Shown: positions 1 through 18,001 of the stretch, piece after piece
How positions within the stretch are numbered: the stretch's first letter is position 1
Layout: every line of letters starts with the position of its first letter
Assembly (NCBI GenBank): GCA_963842525.1
Contig: CAWJGT010000034.1
Coordinates: 512,001 to 576,000, forward strand
From: an uncultured Holophagales bacterium
GTDB lineage: Bacteria > Acidobacteriota > Thermoanaerobaculia > Multivoradales > UBA5704
Length of the DNA: 64,000 nt
Direction: 5' to 3'
Program-made: the position numbers and the translations under genes
The notes under the pieces: model-generated
The model's database searches: none
The model's input: the letters and a program-made list of their open reading frames with translations, nothing else
Told to the model about the DNA's origin: nothing

Positions 1-9309
<9,309 letters not shown>

Positions 9310-9313
<4 letters not shown>

Positions 9314-10350
9314 GAGCGGGCCTCCAGGGCCACCGGCCCGAAGGCGGCCGGCGGGCCGGCCAGAGCCCTCGGCACCGCGGCGAGCGAACGTTCGATACAG
9401 GAGCGGAGGCGATCCGCCAGGCCGGCGACCGCGGGGGGCATCAGCAGGGAGTAGTGGTCTACAGCTATTTCATGAACCTCGACGGGCTCGCCGGCGAGCG
9501 ACGACCAGCCGTTCGTGGGCTCCGGGGATGTCCGAAGGCGGAAGAGGATCAGGCGGTCGCCGCCGGGCCCGGGCCGGTAGGCGGCGATGGCACGCACGTT
9601 GGCGCGGTAGACGTCGAGGATCGGCCGGACCTGCGCCAAGCGCACGCTGGCCCGGAGCAGGCCGGCCTCGTGCGCCCGGGCGAGGAGCCAGTCGAGGGCC
9701 GCCGCCTCGTCCATCCCCGCCGGCTCCCCATCGAGCCAGGAGGCGTCCAGCCCCTGGAGCCCCGCCTGGTCGCGCAGGTAGAGGCGGACGATGTCGTCCT
9801 CGCGCGCGGCCGCGGGCAGCGGCACGATCCCGGGCGCCCAGGCGTCGAGGAGCGCCACGAGCGCCACCGGCCGGCCGCGCTGCCGCATCTGGCGCGCCAT
9901 CTCGAACGCCACGACGCCGCCGAACGACCAGCCGCCCAGCAGGTAGGGGCCGTGCGGCGCGGCGGCCTCGACCGCGGCGGCGTACTGGGCGGCCATCGCC
10001 GGCAGGTCGTCGACCGCGTGCCCTCCCGCGAGGCCTGCCGCCTGGATGCCATAGAACGGCTGCTCCCCGCCCAGCCGGAGGGCGAGATCGCGATAGGAGA
10101 GCACCGCGCCGCCGATGGCGTGAACGCAGAAGAACGGCGGCCTCCCGGCGGCCACCGCGGCGGCCGCCGGGCGCTCCGGCTGCAGGTCGACGAGGAGCGA
10201 TGGCTCGCGCCGGGCGCCGGGCGGCGCGCCGCCGGAGACGGCCTCGCCACGGATGCGCTTGGCGAGGAGCTTCCGCTTGGCGGCCGAGAGGGATTCCAGG
10301 CCCCGGGCGCGATGCTCGGGGGTGAGATCGGTGGTCAGGGGGGATTTCAT
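9310..10350 (-). CDS. Stand-alone NRPS-type thioesterase with N-terminal helical docking-like segment
   Basis: PFFCVHAIGG, GWSFGG nucleophile elbow and DHYSLL His. Likely start is ATG 10350 (MKSPLTTDL), matching the start of NRPS-2. Confidence 0.88.
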
Positions 10351-10455
10351 CTCGCTTTTAAAATCTTTAAACCTTACGCGAAAAACACAAAGTCTCCACG
10401 GCCCCCCGCGTGAGGTCAGTATATAGAAGTGCGACGGAGGGCTTGGGCGTGGACA
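10324..10455 (-). promoter_or_regulatory. Promoter/5' leader plus first codons, near-identical to 30699-30830
   Basis: About 130 bp near-identical in two places; minus-strand TATACT -10-like box and AT-rich leader ending AAAAGCGAGATG. Confidence 0.7.
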
Positions 10456-10496
10456 GCTCCTTGGAGTGCCTGACAAAACCGGCGTCGCCAGTTCTT

Positions 10497-10541
10497 GTAG
10501 GGGCGGGGTCTGGGGGGGGCGGAAGGTGGAGCGACCCGCCC
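10497..10541. repeat. GTAG-type REP-like palindrome
   Basis: GTAGGGGCGGGGTC...GACCCGCCC; same family as 53009-53121. Confidence 0.5.
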
Positions 10542-10625
10542 TCGGCGTGAGATTCCAAAGGGGCTCCCCTCCTCCTCAGGGTCCCGTCAAAGTCGTCGGG
10601 GTCGGAGCTTTCCCCCGCCCAAAGG

Positions 10626-10683
10626 CCCTCACCCCCTGGCCCCCTCTCCCACCCGCACTCACACCCACGCGGGAGAGGGGGAA
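10626..10683. repeat. CCCTCACCCC/CCCTCTCCC...GGGAGAGGG palindromic REP-like element (intergenic copy)
   Basis: Hairpin CCCTCTCCC...GGGAGAGGG; related copies near 38418, 41673, 43883, 46182 and 57513. Confidence 0.75.
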
Positions 10684-10755
10684 CCACCCTCCCAACTTCC
10701 TCCTGCTCAAGCCTCTGATTCGCCGTGATCGCGGCCCCGATTCACGGTGAACCGC

Positions 10756-10937
10756 GACTTTTCAGGACCACACCGGACTTTTCAGGACCGCGCCAGACTT
10801 TTCAGGGCCCCGCCGCGATTTTTCCGGACGACGCCCGACTTTTCAGGATGGCACCGGAGTTTTCAGGACAAGCCCCAGACATTTCCGGACGACGCCGGAT
10901 TTTTCAGGACGGCGCGCGATTTTTCAGGCTCACCGCG
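10756..10937. repeat. Degenerate tandem array, 9 units of 20-21 bp (GAYTTTTCAGGAC + variable tail)
   Basis: Units start at 10756, 10776, 10796, 10817, 10837, 10857, 10878, 10898 and 10918. Confidence 0.85.
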
Positions 10938-11005
10938 CGCCGTCTCGCCGTGATCGCGGGTTTTTCGCGGCGACCGCGCGTTTCTCGCCGCGATCTCGGG
11001 GCGTG

Positions 11006-11407
11006 TCAGCGGGGACGCCCCGTTTTGGTCGCTTCGCGCCGGGTGTCAGGCCGGCGCCGGGAGATTTCCTCGCGGACCGTGGTGCGGATCGCCTCCAGGA
11101 TCTCGGCCGAGAGAGTGGGAGATGGGGCGGCCTTGCGGTGATTCGGAGGCAGCCAGTCGTCGATGCGGCGGGTCGCCTCCAGGTTGGGGAGTCCCCGCTG
11201 GAGGAGCTCGGCAGGGTGGATCTCGAGGACCTGGCAGAGCGGCAGCAGGTGGCGGAGCTTCAGGTCCATGCGGCCGTCGAGAAGCCGCGGCAACGTTCCA
11301 TGGCCGATCTGCAGCGCGTCCTCGATCTTGCGGGGAGACAGAGGCAGTGCGGCCAAAGCCATGGCCAATAGCGCGCGGACCAGCTCCAGACCGTCTCTCG
11401 CAGGCAT
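11006..11407 (-). CDS. XRE-family helix-turn-helix regulator
   Basis: IEDALQIGHGTLPRLLDGRMDLKLRHLLPLCQVLEIHPAELL is an HTH_XRE-like pattern. Confidence 0.7.
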   Translation of the reverse strand: MPARDGLELVRALLAMALAALPLSPRKIEDALQIGHGTLPRLLDGRMDLKLRHLLPLCQVLEIHPAELLQRGLPNLEATRRIDDWLPPNHRKAAPSPTLSAEILEAIRTTVREEISRRRPDTRREATKTGRPR

Positions 11408-11548
11408 GATGGGAAAACTCTATGCGAGGGGTGCGGGAGGCGCAAGGGCCTGGTCCGCGGGGCGTTCCCTCCTCCTTCGGCGCCTCGCGGCGGGCCGGAT
11501 TCTTGTGCCATCATTGCCCGCTGAAACTGCGGTTTGATAGGAGACGCC

Positions 11549-12508
11549 ATGACGCCCACGGCGCTGAGGACATCTGAGCTGGGCGCCACCGGTCTCAAGA
11601 TCACCCGCGTCGGCTTCGGCGCCTGGGCGATTGGAGGCGGTGGCTACGAGGGGGGCTGGGGACCGCAGGATGACGAGGACTCGATCGCGGCGATCCGCCA
11701 CGCGCTGGCTCTCGGGGTGAACTGGATCGACACCGCGGCGCATTATGGCTTCGGGCACTCGGAACGGGTCATCGGGCGCGCCCTGGCCGGTGTCGAACCG
11801 CGCCCCTACGTCTTCACCAAAGGCGGGCTGCCCGAGGGACCAGGGAGGACCAAGACACGGAGCCTCCGGCGCGACTCGCTGCTGCGCGAGGTGGAGGGCA
11901 GCCGCGAGCGCCTCGGCGTCGAGGCCATCGACCTCTACCAGATCCACTGGCCGGTCCCCGATGAGGAGATCGAGGAGGGCTGGTCGACGCTCGCCGAGCT
12001 GAAGGAGCGCGGGGTGGTGCGCCACATCGGCGTGTCGAACTTCAACGCCAGACAGCTTCGGCGGGCGCAGGCCATCGCGCCGGTGGAGACCCTGCAGCCG
12101 CCGTACTCGCTGATCGACCGCCGGATCGAAGTGGAGCTCCTCCCCGTCGCCGAGCGGGAAGGGATCGGGGTGATCGTGTACTCGCCGATGGCCTCCGGCC
12201 TGCTTTCCGGCGCAATGACGCGGGAGCGGATCGCGGCGCTGCCCGAGGACGACTGGCGCCGGCACAGCGAGGAGTTTCGCGAGCCCCAGCTCACCCAGAA
12301 CCTCGAGCTGGTGGAGCGGCTGCGGCGGGTCGCCGCCCGCCACGACACCACGCCGGGGGCGGTCGCGGTGGCCTGGACCCTCCGCAATCCGGCCGTGAAC
12401 GGGGCCATCGCCGGCTTCCGGCGCCCTGAACAGGTCGATCCGATCGTGGCGGCGGCGAACCTCACGCTGGACAAGCACGACATCGCCACGATCCTCCGGA
12501 GGAAGTGA
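11549..12508 (+). CDS. Aldo/keto reductase
   Basis: GFGAWAIGG, WIDTAAHYG, IDLYQIHWP, IGVSNF, YSPMASGLL; RBS AGGAG before ATG 11549. Confidence 0.93.
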   Translation: MTPTALRTSELGATGLKITRVGFGAWAIGGGGYEGGWGPQDDEDSIAAIRHALALGVNWIDTAAHYGFGHSERVIGRALAGVEPRPYVFTKGGLPEGPGRTKTRSLRRDSLLREVEGSRERLGVEAIDLYQIHWPVPDEEIEEGWSTLAELKERGVVRHIGVSNFNARQLRRAQAIAPVETLQPPYSLIDRRIEVELLPVAEREGIGVIVYSPMASGLLSGAMTRERIAALPEDDWRRHSEEFREPQLTQNLELVERLRRVAARHDTTPGAVAVAWTLRNPAVNGAIAGFRRPEQVDPIVAAANLTLDKHDIATILRRK

Positions 12509-12538
12509 GACCGCCGGGGTGGGTCGCGGGAGCGCGCT

Positions 12539-13099
12539 TCACGCCTTCTCCGACTTGCGCCGGTAGTGCTGGGAGATTGCGCCCGACGCCAAGCGCTCGA
12601 TCGATAGGAGCTCGAGGCGCTTCGAGCGCGTCACTCCCTCGAACAAAGTGGGACCGTGGCCGGCCATGACGGGATGAACGAGGAAGCGATATTCGTCGAT
12701 CAGGTCGAGGGCCTCGAGCGCGCCGGCGAGCTTGTGTCCGCCGAGAAGAATGCCGCCAGGCGTCCGTTCTTTGATCTTCGTCACCGCCTCGCGGAGATCG
12801 CCTTCGACGAGGTGCGTGTTGGACCACGAATAGTCGCGGCGCGAGGTCGACACGACGTACTTCGGTTTGGCGTCGAGCTTGACCGCCCACTCGCGCATCG
12901 CGGCGGGTGCCTGGGTGTCGCGGGCGACGGCGGGCCATGCGCCCTCCATCATCTCGTACGTGACTCGGCCCCAGAGCATCGCCGCTCCGCCATCCATCAG
13001 CGCCGTCCAGTACCTGTGAAGCTCGTCGTCCGCGAGGCCCTCGCGATGATCGATGCAGCCGTCGAGGGTGATGTTGATGCCGAAGGTGAGGAGGCCCAT
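12539..13099 (-). CDS. Dihydrofolate reductase / RibD C-terminal family protein
   Basis: ITLDGCI, WGRVTYEMM, PKYVVS, LIDEYRFLVHPV..GHGPTLF. Confidence 0.9.
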   Translation of the reverse strand: MGLLTFGINITLDGCIDHREGLADDELHRYWTALMDGGAAMLWGRVTYEMMEGAWPAVARDTQAPAAMREWAVKLDAKPKYVVSTSRRDYSWSNTHLVEGDLREAVTKIKERTPGGILLGGHKLAGALEALDLIDEYRFLVHPVMAGHGPTLFEGVTRSKRLELLSIERLASGAISQHYRRKSEKA

Positions 13100-13152
13100 A
13101 CGGCCGATACTATTTCAAAATGCCGCCGAGAATCAGATCGATCCCGGCGAGG

Positions 13153-13320
13153 GGGGGCGGTCGCGGTGGCCTGGACCCTCCGCAACCCGGCCGTGAACGG
13201 GGCCATCGTCGGCTTCCGGCGACCTGAACAGGTCGATCCGATCGTGGCGGCGGCGAACCTCACGATAGACAAGCACGACATCGCCACGATCCTGCGGAGG
13301 AAGTGAGACCGCCGGGGGTG
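13153..13320 (+). pseudogene. Duplicated 3' end of the aldo/keto reductase (copy of ~12356-12520)
   Basis: GAVAVAWTLRNPAVNGAI...DIATILRRK* plus about 12 bp of downstream sequence, with only a handful of substitutions. Confidence 0.9.
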
Positions 13321-13463
13321 TTTCACCTCTCGCCGCGGATGCGCTTCGCGAGGAGCTTCCGTTTGGCGGGCGAGAGGGAATCCAGGCTCCGGACCGGCTC
13401 GCCGGGCCCCCCCGGCGCGCTCGGCGCGGGGGCCGCGAAGGCGGGCGCGGCCTTCGTCTCGGC
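13321..13463 (-). pseudogene. Duplicated 3' end of NRPS-2 (copy of ~22420-22563)
   Basis: KAAPAFAAPAP...SLDSLSPAKRKLLAKRIRGER*; DNA is near-identical to 22420-22563. Confidence 0.9.
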
Positions 13464-13506
13464 TTTCTCTCGCAGCTTGAAATGATGCTGCTGACGGCCG
13501 TCCTTT

Positions 13507-13750
13507 CCGGCCCAACGGGCCGGGAGAACAGAGCCCAGGGATGAGGCCGCAGGCCGATTCCCTGGGACCCAACGGACCGCCACGATCATGCGGCCTGAAG
13601 GGCCGCGGGAGCCTTCACCAGGGAGCGGAGCCGTCTCGAACAAATCCTCTCGCGGCCCTTCAGGCCGCGGGGTAGATCGGTCTCCTGTGACCCAGGGCAT
13701 CGGCCTGTGGCCGAAGCCCTGGGCTCCGATCTCCCGGCCCGTTCGGCCGG
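13507..13750. repeat. REPIN: two inverted REP clusters without a transposase, same family as those flanking tnpA
   Basis: CCGGCCCAACGGGCCGGGAGA...GCCCAGGG...CGGCCTGAAGGGCCG, then the mirror image ending TCTCCCGGCCCGTTCGGCCGG. Confidence 0.8.
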
Positions 13751-13859
13751 TGGCGGTGCCCAGGTTATTACGTGGCAGGTCCTAAGCATTCCAGGCCCCT
13801 GGAAGGAACACCTCCGGCAGGTAAGCCGACACCTCTCCGGAGCTCATTGGCCGACATGA

Positions 13860-13888
13860 TTGACACGGACTCTGAAAAGCCGTAAGTT
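13860..13888 (+). promoter_or_regulatory. Sigma70-type promoter upstream of the RT gene
   Basis: TTGACA (13860-13865), 17-nt spacer, TAAGTT (13883-13888). Confidence 0.6.
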
Positions 13889-14078
13889 GAAGCCCTACGA
13901 CGCTTTAGGGGCTCCACGTTCGCCGCTGCTACTCCCGAGGGGGAGGCATCGCGGGCTGGCAGTGAGGCGGCTGAGGCGTCGAAGCTAGGTTCGGCTCCAC
14001 TGAAGCTCCAATGCACATGGAGCCCAACCGCCGGCAGCCGGCGAATGCACCATTATATAGAGGAGCCGGGGCAACCAG

Positions 14079-15575
14079 ATGAAGCGATTGCTTGAACTTT
14101 CCAGCGCAGAAGCCAGGAAACACTTCCTTAAGGCGAGCAGTTACTTCAAAGACGACCTGCCCTCCTATTTAAGTTTCGAGCCGATCCTGAACTCGGTGGA
14201 CGCCGCGCTTAATGGGGCAACGTACGCGGCAGTCCAAGCTCACTGTCCGAGCAACTTCCCGGGCGTCAACTACAGTTTCATGGCGAACAAGGACGGAAGA
14301 CTTGCATGGCGTCCCTATGAGCTGATTCATCCGGTCATCTATGTGTCTCTGGTAGATGTCATCTGCCAGCCGGAGAACTGGAAGCTGATTACTGATCGTC
14401 TATCCGAGTTCACCAAAGGCGTTGTTGACTGCTGCAGCGCCCCTGTGATGTCGCTCGACCACCAGAAGGATGTCGCAGCCCAGGTGAGGGGATGGTGGCA
14501 TAAAGTTGAGCAGCGATCTCTGGCTTACTCGTTGGAGTTTAGTCATGTCCTACAAACCGATGTGGTCGATTGCTACGGTTCGGTTTATACGCACAGCATT
14601 TCTTGGGCGCTACATGGACTACCCTACACCAAGGAGAACAAGCAGAAGAAATCTCTTGTTGGAAACAAGATCGACTCGCACATTCAGGCGAGTAGGTACG
14701 GCCAGACCAACGGTATCTGCCAAGGCTCCGTCCTCATGGACTTCGTTGCCGAAATCGTGCTGGGGTATGTGGACGAACTGATCAGCGCAGAAGTGCCGAA
14801 AGCGAACGATTTCCGGATCCTCCGCCACCGGGACGACTACCGAGTGTTTGCCAACAATGACGATCGCGCTGAAGGCATCCTTAAAATTATCAGTGACAAG
14901 CTGCGGATCGTAGGGATGAAGCTTGGAGTATCGAAGACGTTCCTGAGCAGGAACGTTGTTGAGGGATCGATCAAGGCGGACAAGCTGGCAGGCATCGAGT
15001 TGCAGGACCTTGGCGACGCGAATGCCAAGACCATTCAGAAGCAACTCCTGAGACTGCATGCGTTCGGGCAGCGGTTCCCCAATAGTGGCGCGTTGCGGCG
15101 CCTGGTTGCCGAACTGCATACCAGCATTACTGCGCAGACTGAAGCGCCAGACGATCTCGAAGTGCAGGTCGCAATCGCAACAGACATCGGCTTCGTCTCT
15201 CCGGCAACATTTCCTGCTGTTGCGGGCATTCTGAGTCATCTGATCTCGCTCGCCCCACAAGACAAGAAGTCTGTGCTCTGGTCAAAAGTGCGCAATAAGA
15301 TGGCTCGAGTCCCATACAACGGCTACCTGGAGATATGGCTTCAACGGGTGACGCAGCCAAAGGCAGTTGGGATCCAGTTTGATAGCACTGAGGCGATCTG
15401 TCGGATCGTGAATGGTGAAGCGGTCGATCTATGGGAGAACGGATGGATTGCATGCAAGAATGTCAAGGCGGCGGTCGATCCTTCAAAAATCGTGGTCGGG
15501 TCCGTGGAAGATGTTACTGAGGTCGTTCAGCCTGCGGAGGTCGAGCTATTTCAGCAGAATGCATGGGCATACTAA
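14079..15575 (+). CDS. Reverse transcriptase-like DNA polymerase, Abi-P2/AbiK-type anti-phage family
   Basis: NKDG..AWRP..LIHP, WW..EQRSL, TDVVDCYGSVYTHSISW, TNGICQGSVLMD..AE, LRHRDDYRVF (YxDD position), followed by a helical C-terminal domain. GC content is visibly lower than the flanks. The family call is from remembered similarity, not a search. Confidence 0.85.
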   Translation: MKRLLELSSAEARKHFLKASSYFKDDLPSYLSFEPILNSVDAALNGATYAAVQAHCPSNFPGVNYSFMANKDGRLAWRPYELIHPVIYVSLVDVICQPENWKLITDRLSEFTKGVVDCCSAPVMSLDHQKDVAAQVRGWWHKVEQRSLAYSLEFSHVLQTDVVDCYGSVYTHSISWALHGLPYTKENKQKKSLVGNKIDSHIQASRYGQTNGICQGSVLMDFVAEIVLGYVDELISAEVPKANDFRILRHRDDYRVFANNDDRAEGILKIISDKLRIVGMKLGVSKTFLSRNVVEGSIKADKLAGIELQDLGDANAKTIQKQLLRLHAFGQRFPNSGALRRLVAELHTSITAQTEAPDDLEVQVAIATDIGFVSPATFPAVAGILSHLISLAPQDKKSVLWSKVRNKMARVPYNGYLEIWLQRVTQPKAVGIQFDSTEAICRIVNGEAVDLWENGWIACKNVKAAVDPSKIVVGSVEDVTEVVQPAEVELFQQNAWAY

Positions 15576-16330
15576 GAGCGCCTAACAAAACCGGCCCAAC
15601 GGGCCGGGAGAGCATAGCCCAGGGCTGAGGCCGAAGGCCGATGCCCTGGGTTCACGGGCGCCACCTCCCGGCGGCCTGAAAGGCCGCGAGAGTCTTCAGT
15701 CCCACACGTAGCGCTCGTCAAATTCGATTTCATAAGCCTTGAGGAACGCACGGAGCTCCTCTTGAAACGACTTGACTCGATGATGCTCGCGCTGGTTGCG
15801 GATGTAGGCTCGAACGTCTTCGACCTGCGATTGGCTCACCGAGAATGCACCGAATCCCGCCTGCCAAAAGAAGCTCGCAAACTGCGGGCCTCGGCCCCGA
15901 AGCCAGTCGTTCGAGCTTTTCTTGAGGTGGCCGACAACGTCGCTCAGCGCCTCGGTCCGTGCGAGGAGAAACAGACCGTGCAAATGGTCGGGCTCGGTGT
16001 TGATTTCGATCGGGAGACAGCCGAGGCCTTTGAGCGTGCCGCCCATATAGGCATGGAGATCGGGGCGAATCTCGGCAGGCAGGGTTCGTTCGCGTTCCTT
16101 CGTCGAGAAAATGAGATGGACGTAGATTTTGGAGAGGGATTGAGCCATGGCGCCGGTGACTCCAGCACCTGTCTGCGGATCTGTCAAGGATCTGTCAAGC
16201 GGGGAGCTCTCGCGGCCTTTCAGGCCGCCCGGAGGTGGTGCCCATTGACCCAGGGCATCGGCCTTCGGCCTCAGCCCTGGGCTAGATTCTCCCGGCCCGT
16301 TGGGCCGGCAACCGGTTTTGTTAGGCGCTC
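15576..16330. mobile_element. TIR-bounded REP-tnpA cassette, copy 1
   Basis: 19-bp perfect TIR GAGCGCCTAACAAAACCGG / CCGGTTTTGTTAGGCGCTC; flanks TAA (the RT stop) and TTA; REP hairpins inside both ends. Confidence 0.85.
15696..16148 (-). CDS. tnpA: IS200/IS605-family Y1 HUH transposase (REP-associated), copy 1
   Basis: YVHLIFSTK, DHLH (HUH motif), WQAGFGAFSVS, YIRNQ (catalytic Tyr). Confidence 0.92.
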   Translation of the reverse strand: MAQSLSKIYVHLIFSTKERERTLPAEIRPDLHAYMGGTLKGLGCLPIEINTEPDHLHGLFLLARTEALSDVVGHLKKSSNDWLRGRGPQFASFFWQAGFGAFSVSQSQVEDVRAYIRNQREHHRVKSFQEELRAFLKAYEIEFDERYVWD

Positions 16331-16481
16331 TTAGCTACTGTCGGTCCGCCACGATCAAATCGCGGGAAGGCCACGCCGTAAGGTAGCTGATGATCGATGT
16401 CTCCAAGTACACAAGAGCAGCCAAGCTCCGAGACCACCACCTCGAAAGAGCTACGGCGCCGGTTCCAACACCCATGGGTTA
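16331..16481 (-). pseudogene. Permuted PIN (VapC-like) gene fragments between cassette copies 1 and 2
   Basis: Minus strand reads THGCWNRRRSSFEVVVSEL followed by VYLETSIISYLTAWPSRDLIVADRQ. Confidence 0.7.
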
Positions 16482-16669
16482 GAGCGCCTAAAAAATCCGG
16501 CCCAACGGGCCGGGAGAGCATAGCCCAGGGCTTCTATGTGGGCCACCGGTGTCAAGCGTCTCGGGGTGGTGGTTCGTCGTTTTCCCTTTCCTGGCCCCCC
16601 CTCCTGTCACCGGTTTTCTCGCTTCTTGGTTCTCAGTCCGTCTGGCGCTTGCCCGGAGTGTGCAGGGAC

Positions 16670-16855
16670 CTGGGGAGTCGTCCTTTCCAGCTTCTATCCG
16701 TGCTGACCTCTTTGGGTCAGGACACCAAATGCAGCATGCGCTGTCGAGCGACTCAGGCAAGCTCTCGGAGCGGCCCCATCTGAGAGAACGGTTCGGAAGC
16801 CGAACCAAGCCCTGGGCCGGGCACGCTCCACCAGTCGTTTCTCTCCGAGCTTTTT
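16670..16855 (-). ncRNA. Putative bridge/seek RNA of the IS110 element (target-binding and donor-binding loops)
   Basis: Guides match target (16808-16817, 16780-16784) and donor ends (16727-16732, 16691-16697); each guide pair flanks a hairpin inside a closing stem. RNA ends are approximate. Confidence 0.75.
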
Positions 16856-16864
16856 CCTCCCAGA

Positions 16865-18001
16865 TTACTTCGTCTTCAGCTCAGCACCCTCAGGAATCAC
16901 ACCGTAGTCCAGATAGCGCCACAGCGCGATCAGCAGCTTGCGGGCGAGGGCCACGATCCCCACCCGCCGAGATCGGCGGCTCCCAGGACCATAACGCTCC
17001 TGAAACCACAAGCTCAGGCGACTCTGCGGTTGGAAGCGCAACCAGCCCCAAGCGATCTCGATCGCCATCGCCCGGACCCGACGATTCCCCGCCTTGCTGA
17101 TCCCTTGTTCGTGGTTGACCGTGTCACCGCTCTGATAAGGCATCGGCGTCAGACCCGCCAAACCGGCCACCTCACGGCGGTTGCGGAACTGCCGCCAGCC
17201 GAAGAACTCCACCACGAACAGCCAACCACTGTTGCCTCCGATCCCCTTGAGCTCTTGCAGCCGCTGCACCTTCTCCGTCGCTTCCACGCTGGCCGTCCGG
17301 CGAAACCGCTCGAGCTCGGCAATCTGACTCTCCAGCACAGCCAGACGCTCGCCCTCTCGCCTCAAACGCTCCCGCAAGCTCGCCAGCAGCCTCTCGCCGT
17401 TCCACTGCCTCGCCTGATCCAGCTGCTGCAGAAAGCCCTTGCCGACTTTCACCCCCCGAGCCCCCACGCTGGCCAGCAGGCCCTTGATCCGATTGGTGTG
17501 GGCCGTGCGCTCCTGCTTCAGAGACTCAAGCTCCCGAGCCAGGTGACGCTCGTCCTCCTGCTCGGGGGTCGGCGCGTGCGCTACCCCGAACACCTTCTTC
17601 TCCCCGCGCTCGTAACGGATCAACAACGACAGCAACTTCTCCACGTCCACCCCATCCGTCTTGGCCCGGCGATGCCGCCGATTCACCTCGATGCTCGAGG
17701 AGTCCATGACAACGTTTTCCACTCCCTCCGACAGCAGGAACCGGTGGAGCCAGAATCCATCCCGTCCGGCCTCGTAGCAACTCACCACCCGAGCCGACTC
17801 CGGCACGCCAAGGCGATGTTTGGCCCGCGCGATCTCCAGCATCAGCCCGGCAAGGTCCCCGGCTGCAACTGTCCGCTGACTTGCCCTCCGTCCAGCCTCT
17901 ACACCAAACCCCAGCTTCCACTCGCTGGCGCCGAGCTCCAGGGCCATATGTAACACCGCCTCCGTTCGCGTAGACTCTGCAATGCGGGTTGTCTGGTTCA
18001 T
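16865..18001 (-). CDS. IS110-family recombinase/transposase
   Basis: RuvC-like ALELG, CYEAG, AKTDGVD; Tnp domain LAGLTPMPYQSG, ISKAGNRRVR, VALARKLL. Confidence 0.93.
   Translation of the reverse strand: MNQTTRIAESTRTEAVLHMALELGASEWKLGFGVEAGRRASQRTVAAGDLAGLMLEIARAKHRLGVPESARVVSCYEAGRDGFWLHRFLLSEGVENVVMDSSSIEVNRRHRRAKTDGVDVEKLLSLLIRYERGEKKVFGVAHAPTPEQEDERHLARELESLKQERTAHTNRIKGLLASVGARGVKVGKGFLQQLDQARQWNGERLLASLRERLRREGERLAVLESQIAELERFRRTASVEATEKVQRLQELKGIGGNSGWLFVVEFFGWRQFRNRREVAGLAGLTPMPYQSGDTVNHEQGISKAGNRRVRAMAIEIAWGWLRFQPQSRLSLWFQERYGPGSRRSRRVGIVALARKLLIALWRYLDYGVIPEGAELKTK

Noticed and set aside
12356-15575. Diversity-generating retroelement (RT plus near-identical repeats)
   Set aside because: Repeat mismatches are not confined to adenines, the RT lacks DGR character and no accessory gene is seen.
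14079-15575. Group II intron or classical retron
   Set aside because: No YADD/maturase domain or intron domain V, no VTG motif and no evident msr-msd inverted repeat.
15579-16327. GCCTAAC...GTTAGGC right after the RT stop looks like an integron attC site
   Set aside because: The inverted repeat extends outward (GAGC/GCTC), encloses about 750 bp, recurs with TWA flanks inside a PIN gene, and no integron integrase is in the window; a TIR explains it better.
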